Part shown: in pieces, positions 49,667 through 59,700 of the stretch
Layout of the letters: each line of letters begins with the position of its first letter
Numbering within the stretch: the first letter of the stretch is position 1
Assembly (NCBI GenBank): GCA_027334565.1
Contig: DAHWUP010000001.1
Coordinates: 158,726-222,725 of the forward strand
Source: Candidatus Levyibacteriota bacterium
Lineage (GTDB): Bacteria; Patescibacteriota; Microgenomatia; Levybacterales; UBA12049
Direction: 5' to 3'
Length of the DNA: 64,000 nt
Translations under genes and position numbers: made by a program
Notes under the pieces: model-generated
What the model saw: the letters and a program-made list of their open reading frames with translations, nothing else
What the model was told of the DNA's origin: nothing
Database searches by the model: none

Positions 49667-51975
49667 AAATACCTTTGGGATTTTTAGAAAAAAAAGAAAA
49701 AGTTGAATATTATCTGGCGCTTGTCCTTCAAAACGAAAAAGTAAATTCGGTTATTTTCGAAAAACAAGGACAAGCTTTAAAATATATCTCGAGCGACGAG
49801 GAATATTTTAAAAATACTATTGAAGATGCCACGGAAATTGAATTTTTGGATATTCTGGATAAGGTCATCACTACCGCCGAAACCGCGCTTCCCGAAAGCA
49901 TCGAAACACACAAAACATTGTTCGGGCTAAAAGATAACTGGATAGAAAACGATAAGATCAAAAAGGAATATTTGGAAAAGTTGAAAAAAGCCGGCGACGA
50001 ACTGGCTCTTGAACCGATCGGTTTTTTGGCTTTTTCCGAAAGCCTGATAAACCTTATTCAAAAAGAGGAAGGAGCTCCGTTAACCTCGGTCCTGGTCAAC
50101 GTGGGCAAGAAACATATCACTGTCTATTGGATCAAGGGAGGAAAAATCCTTGAAACGAAAACATCTGAAATCCATGATTCTCCTTCATTTACAACCGATG
50201 CTTTAATGAAGCATTTCCAAAGCGGGGGAAGTTTACCGTCCAAGATAATCATCTTTAATTCCGACGAGGAGGAACTAACACAAGAATTTATCGGTCACCA
50301 GTGGAGCAAAAGCTTATCATTTTTACATATTCCGCAAGTCGAAAGCTTACCACAAGACGCCGCTGCCAAAGCGATGTTATTGGGTGCCGCTACCCAAATG
50401 GGCACTCAACTTGTCTATGATTACTCAAAAAACCTTGAAACCGAAGTCGAAGAAGAGATGACCCACGATGAAGAACAAAAGAGTGAAGAGACTCAAAAAG
50501 GAATGCCCGAAGAGAGGAAGACAGAGGAAACCGAAGGGTTTGAAGAACCGGCCATAACAAAACCCGTTGGAGAAGTGACCGAGGCGACGGCCGAATTCTT
50601 CGGTTTCGTTGAGGGCAAAGATGTCACCGAGACCGCCCCATCAAAAATTTCGCTTGACAAAGACGTGCCTAGTCAAATAACCGAAGAGAGTATCGAGGAG
50701 ATTCCCGACGAAATAAAAACGGAGGAAGAAAAAAAAATCCCCCTTCCGATAAACATAGGTTTCGTGTCCGAAAAAATAAAAACCGTACTACCTAAGGCTT
50801 TTAATCTGGTCGATAAGATCAAAATCAATAGACAATTTTTGTCATCTCTTAAATCCGGGAATAAATTATTATTGATTATTCCCTTAATACTTGTTTTATT
50901 AGTCTTTTGGATCTTATATGTCTACCTTTTCCAAACCAGCGTCCAAATCAACGTCTACGTAAATCCCAAACAGGAACAAAAAACTACTCCGGTAACTTTT
51001 TCTAATGCAACAGATATTACCAACAAGACCATAGCTTTTGAGACCGTTTCGGTGACGGAAACAGGATCGGTATCGACCAACACGACCGGTAAAAAAAATG
51101 TTGGTCAGGCGGCGAAAGGAACTGTAACGATTTTTAACAACAGCAATTCGGTCATGGATTTTCCCCAAGGCACTACGATTACCTCATCAAACAATCTGAA
51201 TTACACCACCGACAAAGAAGTCACCGTTGCATCGGCGTCGGGTGACGTTTTTTCCGGCACAACGCCCGGTACCGCCGGTGTTACGGTAACCGCGGCGGAT
51301 ATCGGACAGGACTACAATCTTCCATCCGGAACGAAATTCTCTATCGGTACAAATCCTGATGTTGCGGCTAAAAATGACAGCGCCTTTTCCGGAGGAAGTT
51401 CAAAATCGGTAGTTGTGGTATCTTCCGATGACTTGAACAAGCTTCTTACCGACCTTCCGAAAAGCCTGGAACAAAAAGCCAAACAAGATCTTCAGGCAAA
51501 ATCGACCCCGGATAGAACGGTGATCGGTCAATTCATTTCGGAAACAGTTTCAAATAAAGATTTTAGTAACAAAGAAGGCGACCAGGTTTCAACAGTCGGT
51601 TTAAACGGTACCGTGACTTTCGATGCGATCTCCTATTTAAATAGCGACATGGATAATCTGGCCAATTCGTTATTCGCCTCTGATGAGAGGATAATGTCAA
51701 ATGATTTAACCGTTAACGCTGCCAACATAAAACAGCAAGCCAATCAAGACATAACTGCAGAAATTACTATTAACGCCGGGCTGATGCCAAAAATCGATAT
51801 TGATAGCTTGAGAAAACAAATCGCGGGTTTTTCAAAAACAAAAGCCACTAATACTCTTGATAACCTTGTGCAGGCACAGCGGGTACAATTCAACTTCAAC
51901 CCCGGCATTCCCCTTTTGCCGCAAAATCTTCCGGAAGACTATCGAAAGATATTCATTAACATTACGACAAAGTAA
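49663..51975 (+). CDS. Large hypothetical bitopic membrane protein: cytoplasmic N-terminal domain, acidic linker, one TM helix, extracellular Ser/Thr/Asn/Gly-rich domain
   Basis: 770 aa. Its start overlaps the alaS stop (ATGA). The TM helix LLLIIPLILVLLVFWILYVYLF is near residue 400. The C-terminal half is rich in T, S, N, G and V. Confidence 0.6.
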   Translation: MKIPLGFLEKKEKVEYYLALVLQNEKVNSVIFEKQGQALKYISSDEEYFKNTIEDATEIEFLDILDKVITTAETALPESIETHKTLFGLKDNWIENDKIKKEYLEKLKKAGDELALEPIGFLAFSESLINLIQKEEGAPLTSVLVNVGKKHITVYWIKGGKILETKTSEIHDSPSFTTDALMKHFQSGGSLPSKIIIFNSDEEELTQEFIGHQWSKSLSFLHIPQVESLPQDAAAKAMLLGAATQMGTQLVYDYSKNLETEVEEEMTHDEEQKSEETQKGMPEERKTEETEGFEEPAITKPVGEVTEATAEFFGFVEGKDVTETAPSKISLDKDVPSQITEESIEEIPDEIKTEEEKKIPLPINIGFVSEKIKTVLPKAFNLVDKIKINRQFLSSLKSGNKLLLIIPLILVLLVFWILYVYLFQTSVQINVYVNPKQEQKTTPVTFSNATDITNKTIAFETVSVTETGSVSTNTTGKKNVGQAAKGTVTIFNNSNSVMDFPQGTTITSSNNLNYTTDKEVTVASASGDVFSGTTPGTAGVTVTAADIGQDYNLPSGTKFSIGTNPDVAAKNDSAFSGGSSKSVVVVSSDDLNKLLTDLPKSLEQKAKQDLQAKSTPDRTVIGQFISETVSNKDFSNKEGDQVSTVGLNGTVTFDAISYLNSDMDNLANSLFASDERIMSNDLTVNAANIKQQANQDITAEITINAGLMPKIDIDSLRKQIAGFSKTKATNTLDNLVQAQRVQFNFNPGIPLLPQNLPEDYRKIFINITTK

Positions 51976-51978
51976 ATT

Positions 51979-52122
51979 ATGGAAAGACCCTGGTGGCAAA
52001 GAGCATTATACGAAATTTGGCCGAAAATATACCGTGTGATCAATGGTTCGCTTTATTTTCTATTGATGACGACAAGGAACCTGGTTATAACCGCCATTGA
52101 GCAAATCAAGAATACTTTCTAG
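51979..52122 (+). CDS. Small ORF of 47 aa (MERPWWQRALYEIWPKIYRVINGSLYFLLMTTRNLVITAIEQIKNTF) exactly filling the gap between two genes
   Basis: It starts 4 nt after the upstream stop and ends 3 nt before the downstream ATG. It is below the ORF-track size cutoff. It has a hydrophobic core. Confidence 0.3.
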   Translation: MERPWWQRALYEIWPKIYRVINGSLYFLLMTTRNLVITAIEQIKNTF

Positions 52123-52125
52123 ATT

Positions 52126-53400
52126 ATGGACGACGAAAAGCAAATTGCCCTAAACGCGATTCGCAAAAAACTCGTAGGCAAGGAGTTGAATTATAAAGAT
52201 ATTTATGCCGTGATGGACCAGATCGCCCACAAAAAATTAGGCGAAATCCTAACTACTTATTTTGCCGCTTCCGGATACTCCAAGGGTTTTAGTAACGAGG
52301 AACTCTTTTATCTTACAAAAGCAATGGTTGAAACCGGAGAAAAATTACACTTTCAGGGAATAATCGCGGACAAACACTCCATCGGCGGTGTTCCCGGAAC
52401 CAGAACCACCCCGATCGTAGTTGCAATCGTTGCGGCGGCCGGTTTTAAGATTCCGAAAAGCAGTTCCCGAGCGATTACTACACCGGACGGAACCGCCGAT
52501 GATATGGAAGTACTCGCACCGGTCGAGATGAGCAAAGAAAAGATTTACAAAATAGTCGAAAAAACAAACGGTTGTATCGTTTGGGGTGGGAGTTTTAACA
52601 TTGCACCCGCCGACGACATTATCATCCAGGTAGAAAAACCCCTTCTGTTTGAAAGCTATGACAAGGTGATCGTTTCGATTATGTCCAAAAAAATAGCCTT
52701 CGGTTCCAATCACGTTGTCATCGATATTCCTTGGGGCAAAGACGTTAAAGTGCACAACCTGGATGACGCACGGCTGTTGGCGGAAAAATTCATTTATCTT
52801 GCCAAGAATTTCGACATCAAACTAAAACCACTGATCCACCGCACCGAAGAACCCGCCGGAAGGGGTGTCGGACCAGTACTGGAAATCCGGGAAGCCTTAA
52901 GGGTATTGCAACAAAAAGCGAACCGCCCCCTCGATCTTGAAATCCGGGCGATTAATCTTGCAGGTAACCTATTGGGGATTTGTCTGGACGATTCTCCGAA
53001 GATACTTAAGGATCAGATCGAAAAAGATTTCGGTAACGCATTCGGTTGGGCCACTCATATCTTAAAAACCGGCTCGGCATTTAAAAAACTCCAGGAAATA
53101 ATCGAAGCACAGGGCGGGAATCCGAAGATTGACAGTGAAAAATTAAAAGTCGGTAAACATATTTTTGAGGACAAAGCGAATTTCAATGGAACCGTGAAGG
53201 GATTGAACAGCAAAAATATAACCATCATCGCAAAAATTCTGGGCGCGCCTTCCCAGAAAGGTTCAGGAATTTATTTTTACAAAAAAATAGGTGACCACGT
53301 CAGGGAAGGTGATGTACTCTATACACTTTTTTCCGAAAATGTGTATAATCTTAAAGAAGGAAAACAATCACTGGTAAATTTTCCTATCGTTAGATTCTAA
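52126..53400 (+). CDS. Thymidine/pyrimidine-nucleoside/AMP phosphorylase family protein (glycosyltransferase family 3)
   Basis: DKHSIGGVPG phosphate-binding motif (compare DKHSTGGVGD), and GSFNIAPADD; 424 aa. Confidence 0.8.
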   Translation: MDDEKQIALNAIRKKLVGKELNYKDIYAVMDQIAHKKLGEILTTYFAASGYSKGFSNEELFYLTKAMVETGEKLHFQGIIADKHSIGGVPGTRTTPIVVAIVAAAGFKIPKSSSRAITTPDGTADDMEVLAPVEMSKEKIYKIVEKTNGCIVWGGSFNIAPADDIIIQVEKPLLFESYDKVIVSIMSKKIAFGSNHVVIDIPWGKDVKVHNLDDARLLAEKFIYLAKNFDIKLKPLIHRTEEPAGRGVGPVLEIREALRVLQQKANRPLDLEIRAINLAGNLLGICLDDSPKILKDQIEKDFGNAFGWATHILKTGSAFKKLQEIIEAQGGNPKIDSEKLKVGKHIFEDKANFNGTVKGLNSKNITIIAKILGAPSQKGSGIYFYKKIGDHVREGDVLYTLFSENVYNLKEGKQSLVNFPIVRF

Positions 53401-54359
53401 TGAAAAGATTGATCGTCTTGGTTGGAATTATTTTAATCGCTCTCATTTTCGGAATTCTGTGGTGGGAAAACGGCCTCCTACCCGTGAATTCCTCAAATAA
53501 AGCTACCAGGCTATTCGTTGTTAAAAACGGCGAGGGAGTAAGAGAGATCGCCAACAACCTTAAAAACGAAGGGTTGATAAGAGATCCCATTGTCTTCTTC
53601 CTGCTTTTACGCCAAGAAGGTTACGACAAACAAATACAGGCGGGCGATTTCAGGCTCAGCCCCTCGATGGACGCAAACCAAATCGCAACCAATTTAACCC
53701 ACGGAATTTTGGATATCTGGGTCACTATTCCGGAAGGTTTAAGGGCCGAGGAAATAGCGGCTATCTTGAAACAAAAAATTCCTTCTTATAACGATTCATG
53801 GAAGCAGGCATTGATACAAAACGAAGGATACCTGTTCCCCGACACATACCTGATACCGAGAACCGCGGACATCAATTTGGTGCTGTCTCAATTCAAGAAG
53901 AATTTCCAGGCAAAATACGACAGCATTAAAAATACAAAAACAACAAATCTGACCGAAGCGCAAACGATCATTCTTGCTTCGATAATCGAAAAGGAAGCGA
54001 AATTTGCGGAAGATAGACCACTGGTTGCATCGGTGTTCATCAACCGCCTAAACCTTGGAATGCCGCTTGGATCCGACCCGACCGTCGAGTACGCATTAGG
54101 TTACCAACCCGATACCCAGACCTGGTGGAAACAAGATCTGACCGTCGACGATTTGGCCATAAATTCGCCTTATAACACAAGAGTGAATACCGGACTTCCT
54201 CCCGGACCTATTTCCAATCCCGGACTCTCATCTATCAAAGCCGCCCTTGCACCGGCTAATACCGATTATTTATACTTCTTCGCAGACAAGCAGGGACACT
54301 TGCATTTCGCGACCACACTGGAAGGACACCAGGCTAACATCCAAAAATATTCACAGTAG
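53400..54359 (+). CDS. mltG: Endolytic murein transglycosylase MltG (YceG family)
   Basis: N-terminal TM anchor, a YceG-like domain, and the conserved LPPGPISNPG region. Confidence 0.88.
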   Translation: MKRLIVLVGIILIALIFGILWWENGLLPVNSSNKATRLFVVKNGEGVREIANNLKNEGLIRDPIVFFLLLRQEGYDKQIQAGDFRLSPSMDANQIATNLTHGILDIWVTIPEGLRAEEIAAILKQKIPSYNDSWKQALIQNEGYLFPDTYLIPRTADINLVLSQFKKNFQAKYDSIKNTKTTNLTEAQTIILASIIEKEAKFAEDRPLVASVFINRLNLGMPLGSDPTVEYALGYQPDTQTWWKQDLTVDDLAINSPYNTRVNTGLPPGPISNPGLSSIKAALAPANTDYLYFFADKQGHLHFATTLEGHQANIQKYSQ

Positions 54360-54360
54360 T

Positions 54361-54681
54361 TTATCTTCTTATCTTTTTGAAGAATCGTCTTTTGGTCTGA
54401 GGTTTTGTTTCGCCGTTACTTCCCTCTTTTTTCTCTTCGCTTTCCTGATGTTGATGCTCTTCAAGATCCGCTTCTTCTTCGTTTTCTACCTCTTCGTATT
54501 CCTCCAAATCATCAAAGTTGTACTCTTCCAATAAATTTATTATGCCGTCAAGTCCCTGCTCCGACATGATCTTAAGTAAGTTTTTTCCGGTCCTTGTCCC
54601 AAGCAGAAAAACTATTCCGCCACCCAAGACCAATCCCATTAAGAAACCGAGTGAAAATTTATTATCATTTTGATTATTCAT
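54361..54681 (-). CDS. YtxH-like small membrane protein with an acidic tail
   Basis: FSLGFLMGLVLGGGIVFLLGTRTGK motif, as in the YtxH/DUF3918 family. Confidence 0.5.
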   Translation of the reverse strand: MNNQNDNKFSLGFLMGLVLGGGIVFLLGTRTGKNLLKIMSEQGLDGIINLLEEYNFDDLEEYEEVENEEEADLEEHQHQESEEKKEGSNGETKPQTKRRFFKKIRR

Positions 54682-54946
54682 CTTTTTTATGCTCCTTTTT
54701 GCTTCCGTTTAAAATCTTGGCGATTCTTGCGCCCGCCTTAAGTCCCATGGTAAGAGAAGAAAGCGAAGAAATCGGTTTGGAAACACTTTCTGTGATCAAG
54801 CCAGTATCGTCCAAAACTTTATTGGCTTTGTCGATGGTTTTTCTGAGCTCACGGAGGATAAAAAATACCTGGATTCCCAACACTATTAAAAGTATGGTTA
54901 AAATAATTACTACCAAAAGTAGTGCGGTCTGGGCAGGATCCATCAT
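54674..54946 (-). CDS. DUF948 domain membrane protein
   Basis: N-terminal TM helix followed by the ...TLDKANKVLDDT...L pattern. Confidence 0.5.
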   Translation of the reverse strand: MMDPAQTALLLVVIILTILLIVLGIQVFFILRELRKTIDKANKVLDDTGLITESVSKPISSLSSLTMGLKAGARIAKILNGSKKEHKKDE

Positions 54947-54977
54947 GGTCTTAAAGTAACTTAAATTCGATCTGTTG

Positions 54978-55616
54978 TCAAGAGCCCTTAATACTTAAAT
55001 TGATTTGTTGATCGGTTTCACGCTGAAACTTATTTATCGACCTGATATTTATGGTTAATGCGCCCGGAAAAACATCAAGTGTTTTTGTAAAATACCCGTT
55101 GGAATCGACCCTAACCTCATTCTGGTCGATATATACGGTATCATCCGGGTCGGTTTTTCCGTAAATAGTGATTACCGAAGAATAAATTGCGGTATTATCT
55201 TTGGGGGAAATGATCGTCAATGGCGGATCCAAAAATGCATTACGGTATTGAAAAAGTATATACCCGGTAAAAAGGATGAGGATAAATACGATGAGTAAAA
55301 CGGTTGAATATATGCGTATTCGGGATCTAGTAAACTCTTGTTCCGTACCGAAGCTTTTCGGCAACACCCTCTGCGACTTTTCGTAATCAAATTCTCTTCT
55401 GAAAAGTGCCATTATTTCTTTTTCGTCCAGACCCAAAAACAGGGCGTAGTTTCGCACGAATCCGTGCGCATAGGAAACCGAGGGAAGCTTATGGTATTCT
55501 CCGTTCTCGATGTATTCCAAAAACAAAGGTTTTATCTTTGTAGATTTGGAAACATCTTCAAGGCTCAAATTTTTTGAGAGTCTTGTTGCCTTTAATTTTT
55601 GTCCGGCTGTAGTCAT
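54978..55616 (-). CDS. rodZ: RodZ-like cytoskeleton protein (XRE HTH + TM + periplasmic domain)
   Basis: An HTH (LKATRLSKNLSLEDVSKSTKI), then a single TM helix, then a beta-rich C-terminal domain. Confidence 0.7.
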   Translation of the reverse strand: MTTAGQKLKATRLSKNLSLEDVSKSTKIKPLFLEYIENGEYHKLPSVSYAHGFVRNYALFLGLDEKEIMALFRREFDYEKSQRVLPKSFGTEQEFTRSRIRIYSTVLLIVFILILFTGYILFQYRNAFLDPPLTIISPKDNTAIYSSVITIYGKTDPDDTVYIDQNEVRVDSNGYFTKTLDVFPGALTINIRSINKFQRETDQQINLSIKGS

Positions 55617-55630
55617 AGGTATACGAAGTC

Positions 55631-57754
55631 TCAGGTTTCACCCAAATTATTCAAAAATTCTTCGGGGTCCCTTATCAATACGTCCCTTGGCTTACTGCCT
55701 TCGGCTCTTCCTACCGCGCCGACCTCCTCAAGTTGATCCAATAACCTACCTGCTCTGGAAAAGCCTATGCCAAGCCTTCTCTGTAAAAAAGACGCGGATG
55801 CCGTATTGTGCTGGCAAATTATCCTGACCGCATCGTTGAATAATTCATCTCTGCCGCCCGGCCCGCCCTGAGAGATACCTCCCGAACCCTTTTTAAGAAC
55901 CAACGGCTGTGATAAAACCTCCTCGGTATTATACTGGGCCGGGGGATTTTCGTTCCTTAAGAAATCGACCAGCCTTTTGACCTCTTTTTCCGAGACAAAT
56001 GCACCCTGAATGCGTGTCGGCTTAGCCTGCTCGGGCGGAATGTACAACATGTCTCCTCTTCCCAAAAGCTTTTCCGCTCCGGGGGTATCCAGTATCACCC
56101 TTGAGTCGATCATCGAGGAAACGTTAAAAGCGATCCTGCAGGGAATATTAGCCTTGATAAGCCCCGTGATGACATCGACGCTTGGCCGCTGTGTGGCAAC
56201 CACCAAATGAATTCCCGTTGCGCGGGCCATTTGCGCCAACCTCGCAATGGCGTCTTCGACCTCAACAGGAGCATAGGCCATGAGGTCCGCCAGTTCGTCA
56301 ATAAAAATAACTATGTAAGGAAGCGTCTGAAAACCCGCCAGTTCGTTATACGAATCTATATTTCTCACACCGTGTTCGGCAAAAAGTTTGTACCGCTTAT
56401 CCATTTCTCCCAACGCCCACTTCAGCGAAGCAAGTATCTGGTCCACCTCGACGATAACGGGTGTCATCAAATGGGGAATATTGTTGTATCCGGTAAGCTC
56501 CACCCTTTTAGGGTCGATCAAAATTATCCTTACCTCGTCCGGCGTTGCTCTAAACAATAAAGACGCAATGAATGAATTGATCATCACCGATTTTCCCGAA
56601 CCCGTGGTTCCGGCGATTAGTACGTGGGGCATTTTGCCGATGTCAGCAAGAAGCGGATTGCCGGAAACGTCAAGACCCAAAGATACTGCCAATTTCGACT
56701 TATTCTTTTTCATGATGTCCGAGGACAACATTGTTCTTAAATTTACTATTTGTAGACTTCGGTTCGGAATTTCTATCCCTACCAGATTTCTGCCCGGAAT
56801 GGGAGCTTCGATCCTGATCTGTCCGGTCGGAGCTTCCGTACTTAAGGCTAAATCGTTGGCCAGGTTGGTGATCTTCGATACTTTGGTTCCCATCGGGATC
56901 TGCAAAGCGTACTGAGTGACAGCGGGACCTAGGTTCACCTCGACCACTTTTGCCCTGATCGAGAAACTGCCAAGGGTGTCTTCTATCCTCTTGGCAATAT
57001 CTTTGACATCACCCCTGTCCGCCTTTTGCGTAGTGTCGTTTGAAAGAATATCCAAAGGCGGCAGATGCCACATGCCGACCTGCCCCGGAGCATTGATCAC
57101 CAACTTATCGGATATGAGCGGTTCTTCTTTTTTGGCGATCTGGGGAGGATTATTTATTTTAATGTCTTTTGCCGGAAGCGGCTTATCCGTCATACCTTTG
57201 ATGACCATTTGTTTGTCTTCCAAAGCCGACGGCTTCTTCTTGAAAAATCCTAGTATGTTTCCCGGAAGAAGTCTTTGAAAAACACCAAAAACCGAACCGA
57301 GGATCACTGCCAGTTCGTCCACCGAAGTATCCAAAAATACCACTGCACCGACAAATATTCCGGCCAGGTATACCAAAAGCGCCCCTAAACCGGAAATCAC
57401 CTCCGACAGAAGGCTATTCAAGTAGAGACCGATGCTTCCTTCATGGGTCAGACCCAACAGGGAAAAGAAAAAGATCAGATATCCGACCAGAACGTTCGGG
57501 CGCGATAAAAATAGCTTAAGCCTAAGAAAGAAAAACCCGAACAGGATGAGCACCACGGGAAACAAAATCGCGAACAATCCGAAATAACCGGCCAATACAT
57601 CATGGAGCGAAACAAAATTGCTGCCGCTTCTGGTGAACGACAATGCAAGTAAAAGACCCGCAAGGATCAAAAAAAAGGCAAAAATCGAATAAACGGTATT
57701 TTTCTTCAGTTTTATCTTGAACTTGTGCTTGGAATAGTGTCTATGCCTTGCCAT
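55631..57754 (-). CDS. ftsK: DNA translocase FtsK/SpoIIIE
   Basis: N-terminal multi-TM domain, motor domain Walker A GTTGSGKS, and a C-terminal gamma winged-helix. Confidence 0.92.
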   Translation of the reverse strand: MARHRHYSKHKFKIKLKKNTVYSIFAFFLILAGLLLALSFTRSGSNFVSLHDVLAGYFGLFAILFPVVLILFGFFFLRLKLFLSRPNVLVGYLIFFFSLLGLTHEGSIGLYLNSLLSEVISGLGALLVYLAGIFVGAVVFLDTSVDELAVILGSVFGVFQRLLPGNILGFFKKKPSALEDKQMVIKGMTDKPLPAKDIKINNPPQIAKKEEPLISDKLVINAPGQVGMWHLPPLDILSNDTTQKADRGDVKDIAKRIEDTLGSFSIRAKVVEVNLGPAVTQYALQIPMGTKVSKITNLANDLALSTEAPTGQIRIEAPIPGRNLVGIEIPNRSLQIVNLRTMLSSDIMKKNKSKLAVSLGLDVSGNPLLADIGKMPHVLIAGTTGSGKSVMINSFIASLLFRATPDEVRIILIDPKRVELTGYNNIPHLMTPVIVEVDQILASLKWALGEMDKRYKLFAEHGVRNIDSYNELAGFQTLPYIVIFIDELADLMAYAPVEVEDAIARLAQMARATGIHLVVATQRPSVDVITGLIKANIPCRIAFNVSSMIDSRVILDTPGAEKLLGRGDMLYIPPEQAKPTRIQGAFVSEKEVKRLVDFLRNENPPAQYNTEEVLSQPLVLKKGSGGISQGGPGGRDELFNDAVRIICQHNTASASFLQRRLGIGFSRAGRLLDQLEEVGAVGRAEGSKPRDVLIRDPEEFLNNLGET

Positions 57755-57870
57755 AAAGATATTATATCAGTTTACTCAATATCAACAAGCGAAATTAGAT
57801 AAAGCCCTTTTCTTGCGCGACGATTTGTGGATTTCATTGTGCTAAAATTTAGATAAGTATCTTAAAAACC

Positions 57871-59658
57871 GTGAGTAAAAAATATTTAAAATCCTCGGCA
57901 TTGGCTTTCCTTTTCTTCGCATTCTCGTTTTTAGGGCTTTTGGTCACCTATTTTCTCTATAAAAAATCGATCGACTCGTCCCTTACGCACATTTTTACTC
58001 TCCAAAGCATTAACTATCCCCTGATGTTTTTTCTTCTTTTCTGTTTTCTTTCTTCGGTTTCATTTTTAACAGGGGCGTCGGACCTGACATCTTATTTTGT
58101 CGAAAAAATACATATCCAGAATTTTCTGCTAAAAAGTGTGGTTTTCGTATTCGTTTTTATTTTCCTTCCCTTTTATGTCCTTTTTCACTGGTATTTCACT
58201 TTTATCAGGCTTATTCTGACCCGCCGTCTATTTGACACTCTTACCCCCAAAAAAATCTACGGGAATGTAATTCTGGTTTTATTCGTTATTCTTATCCTTA
58301 CGCCGGCCTGGGTCATAGGATATGGTGCTTTTAAAAACATCTCAACAGAGGTGGTCTTGAAAGAACTGGGATACGCTCCCGTGACGGAGTACGTTGCGGG
58401 AACCGGCTCGATGTACCCGACCTTTCCCAAAAGCAATGCGGTCACTCCTATCGACCAGTTCAAACAAACCGTCGCAACACCTTCGTTCATTTCATTTCCG
58501 AGCGGAATCGTTCTGTTCGGTAAACGTTATTTCGGAAGAAACATCGAAAGAGACGACATCGTCAGCTTTAAAAACCAGAAGACAATCGAGATCACCAAGC
58601 AAGAATACGGGGTCGGGGTCGGATTTATAAAAAGGGTGATCGGATTGCCAGGAGACACCATCGAGCTTCGGGGCGGGATCGTTTATTTAAACGGCAAGCC
58701 TCTTAAAGAACCGTATACCGCCAAACCGCAATCTACCTTCGGTGAGGGGTTTCTTTCCGACTGTCATATCATCAAGGTTCCAAATGACGACGTTTTTGTG
58801 ATGGGAGATAACCGCAAAAGCAGTGATGATTCCAGGGACATCGGATTCGTCGGTTTAAACGATATCGATCACGTCTTACCGATTGAAAACCAGAAGGGGG
58901 TTTGGGACAAACACTGGCGCGACACGACAAACGACTTTGTACCGGCCTCAAAGATCACGCTCGACGTAAGCCAATACTTGACCCTGCTCAACCAGAAACG
59001 CGTAGAGGCCGGGATCCAACCTTTAAAATACGAACCCAAACTCTCGGAATCGGCGGCGTTAAGGGCCGAAGCCATGATCAAATTCGACGATTTTTCTTTC
59101 GATGCAACCCGTTCGGGGTTGACGATGCAACAGGCAATGCGGGAAGTCGGATACTCCAACATCGTTTACGGCGAGGCGCCTACACAGGGTTATTATGAAG
59201 CATCGGAACTGTTGGATAACCAGTTCCAGTTCCCCGATACCAAAAAGTTTTTGCTGGACAAGGATTATCAGGATTTTGGGATTGCGGCGGTTCAGGGAGA
59301 AATCAATAACTGCCCCACCCAGGTCATCGTCCAGCATTTTGCCGGATATATCCCTCCGAATTATTCCAAGACACTGATCACTTCGTGGCAAAATGCGCTT
59401 AATTCTTTAAACCAAATCGCCAAAAGCTGGGAGGATTTAAAATCCATACCGGCGGCTTACAACAAAGACCCCCGGGACATCGACCAAATTGTCAGCATCA
59501 TAAATCAACGGCAGACGATGATTTCGGGAATTTTAGAAAAAATGAATGCCAACCAATGGCTTACCGACCAACAAAATCAGTATACGCAAACTACGGACAT
59601 GCAGCTCGGGCAGGAGGAAGAGAGCTTGGCACAAAAAATCAATAATTTGTTAAAATGA
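57871..59658 (+). CDS. lepB: Signal peptidase I (S26) fused to an N-terminal polytopic membrane region and a C-terminal CAP/SCP (YkwD-like) domain
   Basis: Catalytic Ser box GSMYPTF, and GDNRKSSDDSRDIGFV box E. The C-terminal LNQKRVEAGIQPLKYEPKLSESAALRAEAM...GYSNIVYGE resembles CAP-domain proteins. Confidence 0.7.
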   Translation: MSKKYLKSSALAFLFFAFSFLGLLVTYFLYKKSIDSSLTHIFTLQSINYPLMFFLLFCFLSSVSFLTGASDLTSYFVEKIHIQNFLLKSVVFVFVFIFLPFYVLFHWYFTFIRLILTRRLFDTLTPKKIYGNVILVLFVILILTPAWVIGYGAFKNISTEVVLKELGYAPVTEYVAGTGSMYPTFPKSNAVTPIDQFKQTVATPSFISFPSGIVLFGKRYFGRNIERDDIVSFKNQKTIEITKQEYGVGVGFIKRVIGLPGDTIELRGGIVYLNGKPLKEPYTAKPQSTFGEGFLSDCHIIKVPNDDVFVMGDNRKSSDDSRDIGFVGLNDIDHVLPIENQKGVWDKHWRDTTNDFVPASKITLDVSQYLTLLNQKRVEAGIQPLKYEPKLSESAALRAEAMIKFDDFSFDATRSGLTMQQAMREVGYSNIVYGEAPTQGYYEASELLDNQFQFPDTKKFLLDKDYQDFGIAAVQGEINNCPTQVIVQHFAGYIPPNYSKTLITSWQNALNSLNQIAKSWEDLKSIPAAYNKDPRDIDQIVSIINQRQTMISGILEKMNANQWLTDQQNQYTQTTDMQLGQEEESLAQKINNLLK

Positions 59659-59700
59659 GCTTGATCATAAATAAAATCAACTAAAAATTTTCCGTTTCGC

